From positions 2,668 to 66,667 of the forward strand of contig JBBSYE010000006.1 of the NCBI GenBank assembly GCA_038045385.1: 64,000 nucleotides of DNA. Direction: 5' to 3'. The stretch's first letter is position 1, and each line of letters begins with the position of its first letter. Under the pieces are notes generated by a model, which saw nothing but the letters and a program-made list of their open reading frames with translations, made no database searches and was not told the origin of the DNA. The position numbers and the translations under genes were made by a program. The stretch is from Nanobdellota archaeon. Lineage in GTDB: Archaea; Nanobdellota; Nanobdellia; Pacearchaeales; GW2011-AR1. This document shows positions 46,109 through 55,809 of this stretch, piece by piece.

Positions 46109-48291
46109 GGCTTTTAGAAAACATGACAATTCAAGAGTGCGTAGCTTCAATTTTGGATAGAAGCAAATATTCCGGATTGACCCCCATTGATGAAAAAGAT
46201 CAGGGAATGCAAAGACAAACATTCACAGTAGAATTTGGTCTAAGCCAGAACAAAACTAAAAGAATCGTAAAAGCCGACAAAGCTCCAGAAGGCTCGAATA
46301 GCACATTCGTCGTTTCTCGCGGTTGCGGGACAAGAAGAGAACTAGATTTATTAGGCAGGCTTAGTGTAGAAGATGCAATCAGTAATAATGTAAGCCCCTT
46401 GCTTGATGCTTATATTGAAGATGATTTTGCAGTCTCCGTTGAACCTCTATTTGATAAATGTACAACTTTAAAGAAATTTGTTGCAGAGAAAGGCAAGCTT
46501 AACTATTCTCAAACAAAACAAATATTTAATCAAGTCTTAAAGGGAGCAACTTTTTTGAGAAAAAATAACTTATATCATAGAGATTTGAGTCCATCAAATA
46601 TTCTTGTGCGTAAAACAAAAGAATCTTTTAAAGACGATCTCGAGGCACGTATAACAGATCTTTCTAATGCTCAATTAGTAAATCAGGTAGAACAATCATT
46701 AGCTCCAACTGCTGGCGGTCGTTTAATCAGAGACCCATTACTTGGAGCACAATTCACCGGAAAAGAAGAAACATATTCAGATCAAACAGAAATTTATGCA
46801 TTAGGAATAACTATGTGCTATGCATTAACAGGAGAAACTCCATTTGAATATGATTTTCTTACAGGAGAAGCAAAACATAAAGACTCTAAAGTAGGTGATT
46901 TGTTAGACGAAAATAAAAAACTAATTCTTGAAAATCATAATGCTGTCGTTAAGAATGCATTAAGCAAGCTAAAAGGTCGTTCAAAAAGATTCAAGCCATT
47001 ACTTGAGCGTGCACTCACAGCAGATGAGACCAAAAGATTTGAATCATTAGAAGACTTTGTTTCCGAATACAACAATGTTACTTCAAAAGTTTTCACGGAT
47101 CAATTTATAGACAACCCAGATAGTTTAATGATATGGGGCGTATCGGCCGGAATAGCAATACTTGGTGTAATGGCTGCTTATAGTGGAAGTGAACAACAAG
47201 ATATCCAAAGAAGAATAGACGTCGCAAAAGCCTCACAATATCAAGTTTATGCAGAATTTGACGGAGCAGATATGGAAATTCGTAACAACGCAATAAAATT
47301 AGAAGTGATGGCCTACAATAGCTCAAACGATCTTATGCCTCGTCCAATCTTTCCAGAAGAAGTCACTTTTATTAGAGCTCAACCTGGAGAAAAAATATGT
47401 ATCAGCACTTCACTTAAAGCGGCTCCACTTCCAGAAGAAATTGCTCATGAAATAGAAATGAGTAGCTTTCATGGCCGAGCGTATATTGAAGGATTGCCTC
47501 TAGATGATAAAACAAGTTGCCAGTTATCAGCAATGGCTTACCCAAACGATAACTCAAAAATGATGGGCCAATTTCAAGGCCGTCGCAACTATAATTCAAG
47601 CGGTTACATAACTATTCCAGAAAATCAACCGTCTGGAGTTTATCCAATTGCAGTAGAAATGGACTCTCCAGAAAATGAAAAGCTACCTGGACCAATTATT
47701 AGTGGAGCACAGGGCGGAATTTATGAGTCTGTAAGAGAAGAGCAAATTCCAAAATCAAAAATAAATTATATCAAGCCAAGAGGAATACTTGCAAGAAAAA
47801 GAATTAACGTTGTAGTAGGTAATCCCTCTACAATAATCGATCAATCATATGTTAGAAGAGATTTTGGAGCGCAGAGTTCATTAGCAATAGGCATAGAAGA
47901 CATTGAAAATCGCGAACATATCCCATTTGAAAAATACTCTATTAACTATCCTCTACTTCCGATTAAATGTATCACCAACATAGTTCCAAATCAATGGGTA
48001 GAAGATTCAAACATTGTACGTTATGATCGGGCATTTTTTAATAATCTACCAAGATCAACAAACATTGAAAAAAGAAATGTCCACGTTATATTCCAAGATA
48101 CCAATGGAAAAACGCTCTATTCTTCGGTCGTTCCAATGGAATCATACAATTTTATGGAAGGCGTAAAAGACTACGATGGAAATAAAATGGCTCCTGATTA
48201 CCAATGGAGATTTCGCACTCCAGACAGAAATTTCGGAAAAGAAATAGCCTGTGAAAGAGAAGAGCTTGAAAAAATCATAAATTCAAAATAA
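46105..48291 (+). CDS. membrane-spanning Hanks-type Ser/Thr protein kinase (divergent)
   Basis: YHRDLSPSNILV; ITDLS at the DFG position; EIYALG; central TM; long C-terminal domain. Confidence 0.85.
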   Translation: MRLLENMTIQECVASILDRSKYSGLTPIDEKDQGMQRQTFTVEFGLSQNKTKRIVKADKAPEGSNSTFVVSRGCGTRRELDLLGRLSVEDAISNNVSPLLDAYIEDDFAVSVEPLFDKCTTLKKFVAEKGKLNYSQTKQIFNQVLKGATFLRKNNLYHRDLSPSNILVRKTKESFKDDLEARITDLSNAQLVNQVEQSLAPTAGGRLIRDPLLGAQFTGKEETYSDQTEIYALGITMCYALTGETPFEYDFLTGEAKHKDSKVGDLLDENKKLILENHNAVVKNALSKLKGRSKRFKPLLERALTADETKRFESLEDFVSEYNNVTSKVFTDQFIDNPDSLMIWGVSAGIAILGVMAAYSGSEQQDIQRRIDVAKASQYQVYAEFDGADMEIRNNAIKLEVMAYNSSNDLMPRPIFPEEVTFIRAQPGEKICISTSLKAAPLPEEIAHEIEMSSFHGRAYIEGLPLDDKTSCQLSAMAYPNDNSKMMGQFQGRRNYNSSGYITIPENQPSGVYPIAVEMDSPENEKLPGPIISGAQGGIYESVREEQIPKSKINYIKPRGILARKRINVVVGNPSTIIDQSYVRRDFGAQSSLAIGIEDIENREHIPFEKYSINYPLLPIKCITNIVPNQWVEDSNIVRYDRAFFNNLPRSTNIEKRNVHVIFQDTNGKTLYSSVVPMESYNFMEGVKDYDGNKMAPDYQWRFRTPDRNFGKEIACEREELEKIINSK

Positions 48292-49153
48292 GCAACTGAT
48301 TATTAAGTAAAATAATATGATGACTTAATGAAATTAATTTCTCCTCAAGTGCATTGTTTCCTTTAATTTTGCTCTTAATAGTTTCATAATTCTTAGCGAA
48401 AATCATTAGTTCATGATTATTAAAGTCTTTTAACAGCCTCTTAAACAGCGAAAATTGTTCTTTAATCATCTTCATAATATCACCATATCTAGCTTCTCCA
48501 GACCTCGCCTTATAGCCCAAAGCAGTATCTTTCAAAATATCTCCTATCTCTTCTATTAACATCACAAGCGTATAATAATGTAAACTTTTTTCTGATTCCG
48601 GATGCCCATACTTATTCAAAATTCTCAAACAATAATTAGATATCCTATTGATAGCAGGATCACTCTCTAATACTTCTTTTGAATTTTTTTTATTTTCAAA
48701 CATCATTTCAAGTTCTCCAATCATTGACTCAGTCATAAACAATAATCTTTCAAATAACCCATTAAACTGATTTTGAGAAGTTCCAGTAACGTCTCGCAAG
48801 ATAAATCTTCCACTCTCTTGCTCAAAAATCTCAAATCCCAAAAGTTCATGGATAACTCTTTTTTTGAAATCTTTTATTTTTTCATTTTCTTTTACATAAG
48901 TTACTTCAATTTCATCAGCTCCTCTTACATATAGGGCTATGAGCGCGCGGTTAGTAAGGAGTTCAACATTACTAACATTCAAGCTTACCTTAACTGGCTC
49001 TTGCTTTCCAGTACCAGCTTTCAATATCAGAGAGCTTTTACCTTCTTCAATTTCAATCAAATCTCCTTTCTTGAGTCTATTACTATCGATCCATTTCTTA
49101 GGAAGATAAAGAGTAAATCCTCCTTTTCCCTGTTGGATAAGTTTCCTATTCAT
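48275..49153 (-). CDS. AbrB-PhoU phosphate-uptake-regulator-like protein
   Basis: RKLIQQGKGGFTLYLPKKW...GD; ALYVRGADEI; PhoU-like helical repeats (IEEIGD). Confidence 0.85.
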   Translation of the reverse strand: MNRKLIQQGKGGFTLYLPKKWIDSNRLKKGDLIEIEEGKSSLILKAGTGKQEPVKVSLNVSNVELLTNRALIALYVRGADEIEVTYVKENEKIKDFKKRVIHELLGFEIFEQESGRFILRDVTGTSQNQFNGLFERLLFMTESMIGELEMMFENKKNSKEVLESDPAINRISNYCLRILNKYGHPESEKSLHYYTLVMLIEEIGDILKDTALGYKARSGEARYGDIMKMIKEQFSLFKRLLKDFNNHELMIFAKNYETIKSKIKGNNALEEKLISLSHHIILLNNQLLILNL

Positions 49154-49203
49154 TTTATTAGATGTTATTTGCTATATTTAACTATTTCTATTTTAATATT
49201 AAC

Positions 49204-49232
49204 CCTATAAATGATATGGAATACCTATAAAT
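49204..49232. promoter_or_regulatory. direct repeat CCTATAAAT x2 (20-bp period) in the divergent promoter region
   Basis: Copies at 49204-49212 and 49224-49232. Confidence 0.35.
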
Positions 49233-49275
49233 AGCCACTTTCTATCAAATAGTAACTAATAAGTCGTAACAGAAA

Positions 49276-50352
49276 ATGAAAACAACAAAAACAAAGATTA
49301 CAAGAGTAGGAAAAGCTCTAGCGACAGTTCTAGCACTTGCTCCTTTAAGAGCCTATGCCGAAGAGCCTATAATCGCACCCGCAAAACTAACTTTCCAATC
49401 ACGAAACGCATATGTTCATAGCGCAGAACAAGATACATTAAACACTCAACATTCTCTAATCTATACTCATCCAGATTTTACTTCTAAAACGCTACTTGAG
49501 ACGCTTCCTGAAGGAAAAATCAATATAGGAACAGACTTTAGCACTAATGACTTCAGACTTAATCTTGGCCACGGATTCCGAGAAAATGAAGATATGAGCA
49601 GAGCCTCATTTACATTCTATCCACAACATGACTCCGCAAAGAGTTTCATAGGAGCAACCTATCAATCATTACCTCAAGGCAATCGCGCAATCTTTATTGG
49701 CGGTTTTGACTTAACTGATAAGCTACATCTAGAAGCAACATTTGACACTCAAGGCAACGTACGCGGAGCAATATTCCCTAGTTTAGGAACCGGAAACGGA
49801 GTACTCGGAATCGGCGGAGGAATTTCTAGCGAAGGTAAATTTGACATTAACGCCTCATACAACACAGATAAAATCTGGGCAAGCATCAAGCTTGGCGACA
49901 GACCAATTGACGCTCGTTTTGTCTTTGGAGATGTAGATCCTAACTTTACTCGTTATATCACAACAGTCACAGGACAAGGCGATAACGAACTAGATGTATT
50001 TCCAGATCAAACGCTCAAATTTGATATAGCTAATGGCTTTTTCGATTACTTCGGCCCTCATGCATTTTTCCTAGGAAAAGATCAAGGAGATATAGCCCTA
50101 GATATAAGATTCAAAGAATCAAGTAAGTTATACGGAAATTTTTCTTACCGCCTAGGAGATATCGGCCCATTAAAAGAAACAGCAATAACAGGCGGATTAT
50201 ATAGAGATTTATCAAATGAAAAAAGCGGAGTAACATTAGAAACAGGCTTCAAATTATTTGATAAAAAATCTCCTTTAGAAATCAGACTTAAAGCAGATAT
50301 TAATGAAGAAGGTAAAACAATGATCGGCCTCTTCGGCGAAATCAAATTCTAA
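49276..50352 (+). CDS. secreted beta-rich protein resembling a transmembrane beta-barrel
   Basis: Signal peptide ending AYA-EE; repeated short amphipathic strands; no Cys; C-terminal GLFGEIKF. Confidence 0.65.
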   Translation: MKTTKTKITRVGKALATVLALAPLRAYAEEPIIAPAKLTFQSRNAYVHSAEQDTLNTQHSLIYTHPDFTSKTLLETLPEGKINIGTDFSTNDFRLNLGHGFRENEDMSRASFTFYPQHDSAKSFIGATYQSLPQGNRAIFIGGFDLTDKLHLEATFDTQGNVRGAIFPSLGTGNGVLGIGGGISSEGKFDINASYNTDKIWASIKLGDRPIDARFVFGDVDPNFTRYITTVTGQGDNELDVFPDQTLKFDIANGFFDYFGPHAFFLGKDQGDIALDIRFKESSKLYGNFSYRLGDIGPLKETAITGGLYRDLSNEKSGVTLETGFKLFDKKSPLEIRLKADINEEGKTMIGLFGEIKF

Positions 50353-51056
50353 TGAAAGACTTACCTAGCGCAGATATCTATGAAAAAGAATTTAAGTATT
50401 GGCCATGGGGCAAGTTAGTAAGGGAGGTAGCCGATACCGTAATAAGAGAAGCTCCGCAAAATAGCAAAACTCTCGATTTAATGTGCGGACCAGGATACTT
50501 ACTCAACAGAATTCACCAACAAAGACCAGACTTAGAGCTAACGGGCGTAGATATCAGCGAAGATTTTATTTCGTATGCCCGAAGTAATTATCCAGATATT
50601 AATTTTATTCAAGCTGATGTGCTACAATGGATTCCACAGAAAAAATACGATGCAATTATTTGCACAGCAGGCCTGCATCATCTACCTTATTGGCGACATG
50701 CAGGTTTTATAGTAAGTAGTCATGAACTACTAAACTCGGAAGGTTTTTGCATATTTGGCGATCCAATGTTTGGAGACTATGAAGGCGAAGAAGAAAGAGC
50801 TTTAGCAGCTGCAGAATTGGGATATGAATCTCTTAGAGCCGTAATAAAAAATAAAGGCGATCGGGATCTGGTAAAAACAGCATTAGACGTAATGCACAAC
50901 GATGTCTTAATGGATGGCGAGTTTAAAACATCTGTAACAACATTAAGAAGACTCTATGAAATGATTTTCCCAAGTGTAGAAATGCACAAAACCTGGCCAC
51001 TAGATGGAAAGCAAGGATATGGAGATTACTACTTTATTCTAAGAAACGCTAAATAA
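50352..51056 (+). CDS. class I SAM-dependent methyltransferase
   Basis: LDLMCGPG, GVDIS, IQADV, AGLHH. Confidence 0.88.
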   Translation: MKDLPSADIYEKEFKYWPWGKLVREVADTVIREAPQNSKTLDLMCGPGYLLNRIHQQRPDLELTGVDISEDFISYARSNYPDINFIQADVLQWIPQKKYDAIICTAGLHHLPYWRHAGFIVSSHELLNSEGFCIFGDPMFGDYEGEEERALAAAELGYESLRAVIKNKGDRDLVKTALDVMHNDVLMDGEFKTSVTTLRRLYEMIFPSVEMHKTWPLDGKQGYGDYYFILRNAK

Positions 51057-51105
51057 AGAATCAAAATAAGTAAAAAAAAAAGAAAAATAAAAATTAGATA
51101 ATTGC

Positions 51106-51483
51106 TTATCTTCTTCTTGACATCTCAGCCATTCTTCCGCCTTTCCAAAGCATAACATATCCGGAGATAGCTACAAGATGGAACAACACGTTAGTTGCCT
51201 GAATTTGCCCAGGTGTAGACCACGGAGTGGTTGTTACCAAAGCAACCAATAGTATAACTATTGGAGCCCAAACGGCATATTCAACTTTCCAGTTAGCCAA
51301 GATCATAGCTCCAGAAACAATTTCCAAAATGATAAGAACCCAAGCAAAGAACATTGATGCAGGGAATCCAAGAGAATCAAGGAATCCACTGACCGCTGCA
51401 GGTTTCATGACAAATAGTTTCATCAAACCAGGGACAAGCATAAGCAGTCCAAGAAGAACTCTATTAATAATTTTTAAGTGCAT
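51106..51483 (-). CDS. DoxX-family membrane protein (second copy)
   Basis: RVLLGLLMLVPGLMKL...GFP...LEIVSG. Confidence 0.8.
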   Translation of the reverse strand: MHLKIINRVLLGLLMLVPGLMKLFVMKPAAVSGFLDSLGFPASMFFAWVLIILEIVSGAMILANWKVEYAVWAPIVILLVALVTTTPWSTPGQIQATNVLFHLVAISGYVMLWKGGRMAEMSRRR

Positions 51484-51558
51484 ATTACAAAACCTCCTTA
51501 CAAAGGAGTAATGCTAAATGATTTTAGGATATATAAATTCACCACTTACTAAAAAGTT

Positions 51559-51885
51559 CTAAAAACGTCCCAATATAACAGAGTTCTCTATCATCCTTAT
51601 TGCTCCACCAAATTCTGCAGTACAAACTTGATCTAAGCAGGTAATATGTTTCCTACCATCAAGAAAGCACAAAACTTCAGGCAAGTCTCTTAAATTATAC
51701 ACTCTAGTAGTTTGCTTCTTGAATGGACCAAATCCCTTTGAATATTCAGCCACTATTCGACCATCAGAAGTAATATGTGCACTTGGATTCTCATGGGTCG
51801 GCACACCACGCACACTTAATCTAAAAATGCCTTCTGATAACATGTATTCTTTTAATTCGTCCACAATAGCAAGATAGCCTATCAA
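51559..51885 (-). CDS. hypothetical protein
   Basis: 108-aa ORF, TTG start uncertain. Confidence 0.5.
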   Translation of the reverse strand: MIGYLAIVDELKEYMLSEGIFRLSVRGVPTHENPSAHITSDGRIVAEYSKGFGPFKKQTTRVYNLRDLPEVLCFLDGRKHITCLDQVCTAEFGGAIRMIENSVILGRF

Positions 51886-52067
51886 ATTCTTCTGAGATTC
51901 TTGATTATTTGACCTTGTTCTATAATTTCAATGTTCTCTTTCCTTTTCTGCATTTTCCACAAATCTATTTTTGCTATCCATAAAAATAACCCCTATTCAT
52001 CATATTTAAACTTTTCTATTTGTTATCACTATTAAGAAAGTTCACTTAAACAATCAATGCTCAAAAA

Positions 52068-52277
52068 TTATTGCCTATCAAAGAAGAATAGTATAATATT
52101 CAATACGGTCAAAATAACAATAGCCCATCCAAGAACTGCCGTAACTTGAACAGAAATAAATCTAACGCTCAAGGAGCCTTCAGCCATAGCAAATCCTACA
52201 GCAAGCGAAGCTAAAATACCAGAAATCCAGCCAAACAACTTCATAAGATAACCCGCTAGTTCCCTATTTTCACTCAT
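52068..52277 (-). CDS. small two-TM membrane protein
   Basis: Hydrophobic; coupled to the upstream ORF. Confidence 0.7.
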   Translation of the reverse strand: MSENRELAGYLMKLFGWISGILASLAVGFAMAEGSLSVRFISVQVTAVLGWAIVILTVLNIILFFFDRQ

Positions 52278-52576
52278 GATATTCTCCTATTATACAAAGT
52301 AGCCAAAACAAAACCAGCAATATATCCAAACACATAAACCTCAATCAGACCAACTATCAAAGTCCAATTATAAACGCTAAAAGATATTGGAAACTGCTCC
52401 GCTATCACATCAGCATTATAATAAGAATTAACCCATGACATAAATCCAGCTATAAGGAGAAATATGGAGCTAACACTTCCAAAAGCATTTCCTAAAGCCC
52501 TAGGCCCAAGAAGTTGAGCATTAACATGACCAAAACGCGTAAAAGCACGAACAAGTCTATGCCCTCTTTTTACCAT
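52274..52576 (-). CDS. small two-TM membrane protein
   Basis: GLIEVYVFGYIAGFVLATLYN. Confidence 0.7.
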   Translation of the reverse strand: MVKRGHRLVRAFTRFGHVNAQLLGPRALGNAFGSVSSIFLLIAGFMSWVNSYYNADVIAEQFPISFSVYNWTLIVGLIEVYVFGYIAGFVLATLYNRRIS

Positions 52577-52597
52577 ATCTCATAAAAGAATAATTGT

Positions 52598-53284
52598 TTA
52601 TAAATCTTTGCCGTTTTGTGAGCCAAGAGAATATCCTTTGCCTTCAAATAGCTCAATAATTTTTCTTCTTCTTTCTAAACCATAACCTCTGTAAAGTAGA
52701 GATCTATTTACAGAAGAAGTAAATCTCTCAAAGCAGTTTTCAACTAAACCTCTCCATCCAATCTCTTCTCCAAAGGGATAGCATCCCCAAGAAGGCTTAT
52801 AGTCAAGTGCTTGGAAATCTGGATTCACAGAATGATAATCCACAACTGGAACGAATGAAACCACTCCCGTATGTATCTCCTCAAAACCTGTCCTCTCGAG
52901 AGTATCAACAATTGAACTCATGTTTCTCCCAGTATGCATACAAGTATCAAATACCATAATCGGCAAAGTCTTATCATCGATAAGTTTTTTATAATTTCTT
53001 TTTAATTCTCCAATTATCTTCCTAGAAGACAAGAATTTAAAAAAAGAAGAGTTATCTGATTTAAAGGCCAGAGGATTGAAAAAATAAATTTCAGGCCTTT
53101 TAGCTTCAGGATATTTTGTGTCCCAAACTCTCTTTATTCCAATATATGCCGGTCTTGCAGCTTTATCAACTAGGGCCACATTAGAAATATCATGTCTATG
53201 CAAATAATCTACGAGGTTTTCAACTATCTCAACCATTTCTTCTTCACCAAAATCTCCTAGTCCTGGCCCTTCTAATGTAAACAT
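52598..53284 (-). CDS. hypothetical protein with a phosphoribosyltransferase-like motif
   Basis: IMVFDTCMHTGRNM resembles the PRPP-binding loop. Confidence 0.6.
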   Translation of the reverse strand: MFTLEGPGLGDFGEEEMVEIVENLVDYLHRHDISNVALVDKAARPAYIGIKRVWDTKYPEAKRPEIYFFNPLAFKSDNSSFFKFLSSRKIIGELKRNYKKLIDDKTLPIMVFDTCMHTGRNMSSIVDTLERTGFEEIHTGVVSFVPVVDYHSVNPDFQALDYKPSWGCYPFGEEIGWRGLVENCFERFTSSVNRSLLYRGYGLERRRKIIELFEGKGYSLGSQNGKDL

Positions 53285-53308
53285 AAAAAAATTCGAATAA
53301 ATTGGTAC

Positions 53309-55198
53309 TTAAACCTTTCCTTGAATCATCTGCAATCCTCTAACGGCATCTAAAACTCGCAAATCAGGCGATAAAACATACACATGATCTTTCTCTGAAC
53401 GCAACGCCCGATACACCCTCTGCAAGAATTCACGTCTGGCTTTATCTCTATAAAATTCCCAGAAAAACTCTGCATGTGTTTGTTGCAAGACTTTCCAAAA
53501 AGTATCATTCATATTAGGATTGGGATACTTGGTAAAAACTATTGAATTACAAATGTCTCCAGGAAAATCTATGCCTCTTGAGCATTTAGTGCTAAAAAGA
53601 ATACTTCTATCCTTTCTCTTAAAAGCCCTGACAAACTCTCCATCTTTATCTTGCTCTTGTTGCGCATTAAGCTCTCCTTTAGTCATTACATTTTTCAGTC
53701 CATAGAGTTGCTTTTCCATTTCACTAGGCAAATCCTCAAAAGCGTTGATATGCACCAAAGTTGGCCGAGGCGCTTTACCTATTGCCAAATCAAGAGCCTT
53801 CAAGTAGTCCTCTCTAGTCTTTTTCTTAGCTTGAAAAGTTGAATATTTACAATCAAACTCTTTTCCAGTTCTAATAATCTCAATCACACCAGGGGCTTTA
53901 ATTTCAGCATCAACAACAACTCCTCCAGGAACACCAAAAACTTTCTCAATCAACTTTGGATTATGTAGCGTGCCAGACATCAAAACAATAGCCTTATTCT
54001 TATCAACTAACTCGCGAAATTGTTGTGAAAGGTTTGTCGTCACAAGACTCGCAAACAAATCTTTATCATCTCTCCTAAAAGTCAAAAAAGTCTGTTCGGA
54101 AAATGGAATGAATTGTGCAGCAATTTCAAAGCCCTTAGACAAGTAAGTTAGCTCGTCTTGATGAATCTCATTTTCAAGCTCAGTCGTTGTCAAAAGTAGC
54201 CGCAATATTTTATATACGGAAGTTTCCTCAAGAGGATAGATCGAATCTTCATTAATCATCAAAGGACCTTTATCCATCTCTTCTTTCTCAATAAGTTCAA
54301 CAATCTCCTTACATTGAGAGACAATATCGGGGTTTCCATTAGCAAGCATAGTCAAGCTCTGTCCAAGTTTAGTCAAATTTATAGATTGTTGATTTGCAAA
54401 GCTATCTAAAAACTCATCAGCCTCATCAATTATATCAACATCAGTTTCAGGCTTTCTATTTAGCAAAGTTTCAATTTTATATTTAGCAGAATTAAATATT
54501 ATTACATCAGAATCAATATAAGCCTGATATTGATCGTAATATCCGCATCCCTCTTTCCTATGATAAAAAATAAAATCTTGTCCCCCAAGTCCTCTATATC
54601 TTTTCTTTCTTGCATCACTCAAGGGCATATCCTTATCTGCAGGAACAAGTGGACTCCAATAGGGATTAGCAGGCGCAATACTTATTCTTCTTAGAGTTTT
54701 TATCGGAGGCAAGTCTTTATTTCCCATAAGTGGATTATCTTTGTAAAACCTTTTTATAATATCATAATTTTTCTCAATAAGTTTTATTGTATCGGGCAAA
54801 TAAGGGTCCGCGCAATTTGCATCCTCTTTATAGAGCGATTTATGATTTTCTCTACCGGTAATCATCGAAATCTTCAAGGGAGATCCATTAGTCTTAATAA
54901 TTCCCATCTTTCCCATATAATCTTGTTCATATTGCTTCTGCAAAGCTTTAACAGGCACCACAATTGACGCTCTCCCAAGTCTGCGAGCAATATTCAAAGC
55001 AATCGCACTCTTACCAGTTCCACAAACCCCATTAATAAAAACAATTTTCTTCCCAGATTTAATATGCCCAACAACTTCATCAACAATATCTTTCTGATTC
55101 TTCCCATTAGAGAAAATTAAAGGTTCAAGTTCTTTTCCCGAAGATAATAGAGACCAGCCTTCATTATAAAAAACATTTTCCATAACGCCACTTTTCAT
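53309..55198 (-). CDS. SF2 helicase, XPD/Rad3/DinG-like
   Basis: CGTGKS, IIDEAD, MSGTL, SRGIDFPG, QRVYRALR. Confidence 0.88.
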   Translation of the reverse strand: MKSGVMENVFYNEGWSLLSSGKELEPLIFSNGKNQKDIVDEVVGHIKSGKKIVFINGVCGTGKSAIALNIARRLGRASIVVPVKALQKQYEQDYMGKMGIIKTNGSPLKISMITGRENHKSLYKEDANCADPYLPDTIKLIEKNYDIIKRFYKDNPLMGNKDLPPIKTLRRISIAPANPYWSPLVPADKDMPLSDARKKRYRGLGGQDFIFYHRKEGCGYYDQYQAYIDSDVIIFNSAKYKIETLLNRKPETDVDIIDEADEFLDSFANQQSINLTKLGQSLTMLANGNPDIVSQCKEIVELIEKEEMDKGPLMINEDSIYPLEETSVYKILRLLLTTTELENEIHQDELTYLSKGFEIAAQFIPFSEQTFLTFRRDDKDLFASLVTTNLSQQFRELVDKNKAIVLMSGTLHNPKLIEKVFGVPGGVVVDAEIKAPGVIEIIRTGKEFDCKYSTFQAKKKTREDYLKALDLAIGKAPRPTLVHINAFEDLPSEMEKQLYGLKNVMTKGELNAQQEQDKDGEFVRAFKRKDRSILFSTKCSRGIDFPGDICNSIVFTKYPNPNMNDTFWKVLQQTHAEFFWEFYRDKARREFLQRVYRALRSEKDHVYVLSPDLRVLDAVRGLQMIQGKV

Positions 55199-55268
55199 TT
55201 CAATTTTGTGATAAAACCTGAATTATTAAAACTATTGTATTAGAATAAAGTTACAAGTAAAATTCTCT

Positions 55269-55712
55269 CTATCTATAGTTTGGTCTGCCGTAATCATACT
55301 GCCAATCCCAATATTGACCATTATATCTTGGCTCGTAATAATAAGGGTGATATTGCGAATCATAAACTTCTCTTCTCCATGAATCTTCCCATCCGTATCC
55401 CAAGTGTCTAACATTAGAATTATAACCAGAAGGACCATATTCAAAATAATCAGAAGCATCATTATTTACAGCATAATATCTGTAGCTTCCTCTTGGAGTA
55501 TCGTAATTCTGTATAGTCTTAGTAACAGATGTCTTACCCCAAGGGTCTTGATTCAAACTTCTTTCGCTGTAAGTATATCCATTTCCAGTATAGCTCTCTT
55601 TAACGCTATATTGTCTTTTATAGTCGTTATCGTAGTAGTAAGCAGAGCTTAAAGATAAAATTGCAATTAACGAGAATACGGCAAAAATTCCCAGCATAAA
55701 TTTCTTATTCAT
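55269..55712 (-). CDS. secreted Tyr-rich low-complexity protein
   Basis: Signal peptide; Tyr/Asn/Arg-rich body. Confidence 0.7.
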   Translation of the reverse strand: MNKKFMLGIFAVFSLIAILSLSSAYYYDNDYKRQYSVKESYTGNGYTYSERSLNQDPWGKTSVTKTIQNYDTPRGSYRYYAVNNDASDYFEYGPSGYNSNVRHLGYGWEDSWRREVYDSQYHPYYYEPRYNGQYWDWQYDYGRPNYR

Positions 55713-55809
55713 AATCTACAAGCACAAAGCAGATATTTAAATCTATCGCTTGTCGTCTTTATCAAGTTACATTAAGTAAGGTTTTTATACCTTATTATAA
55801 TCAATTTTT

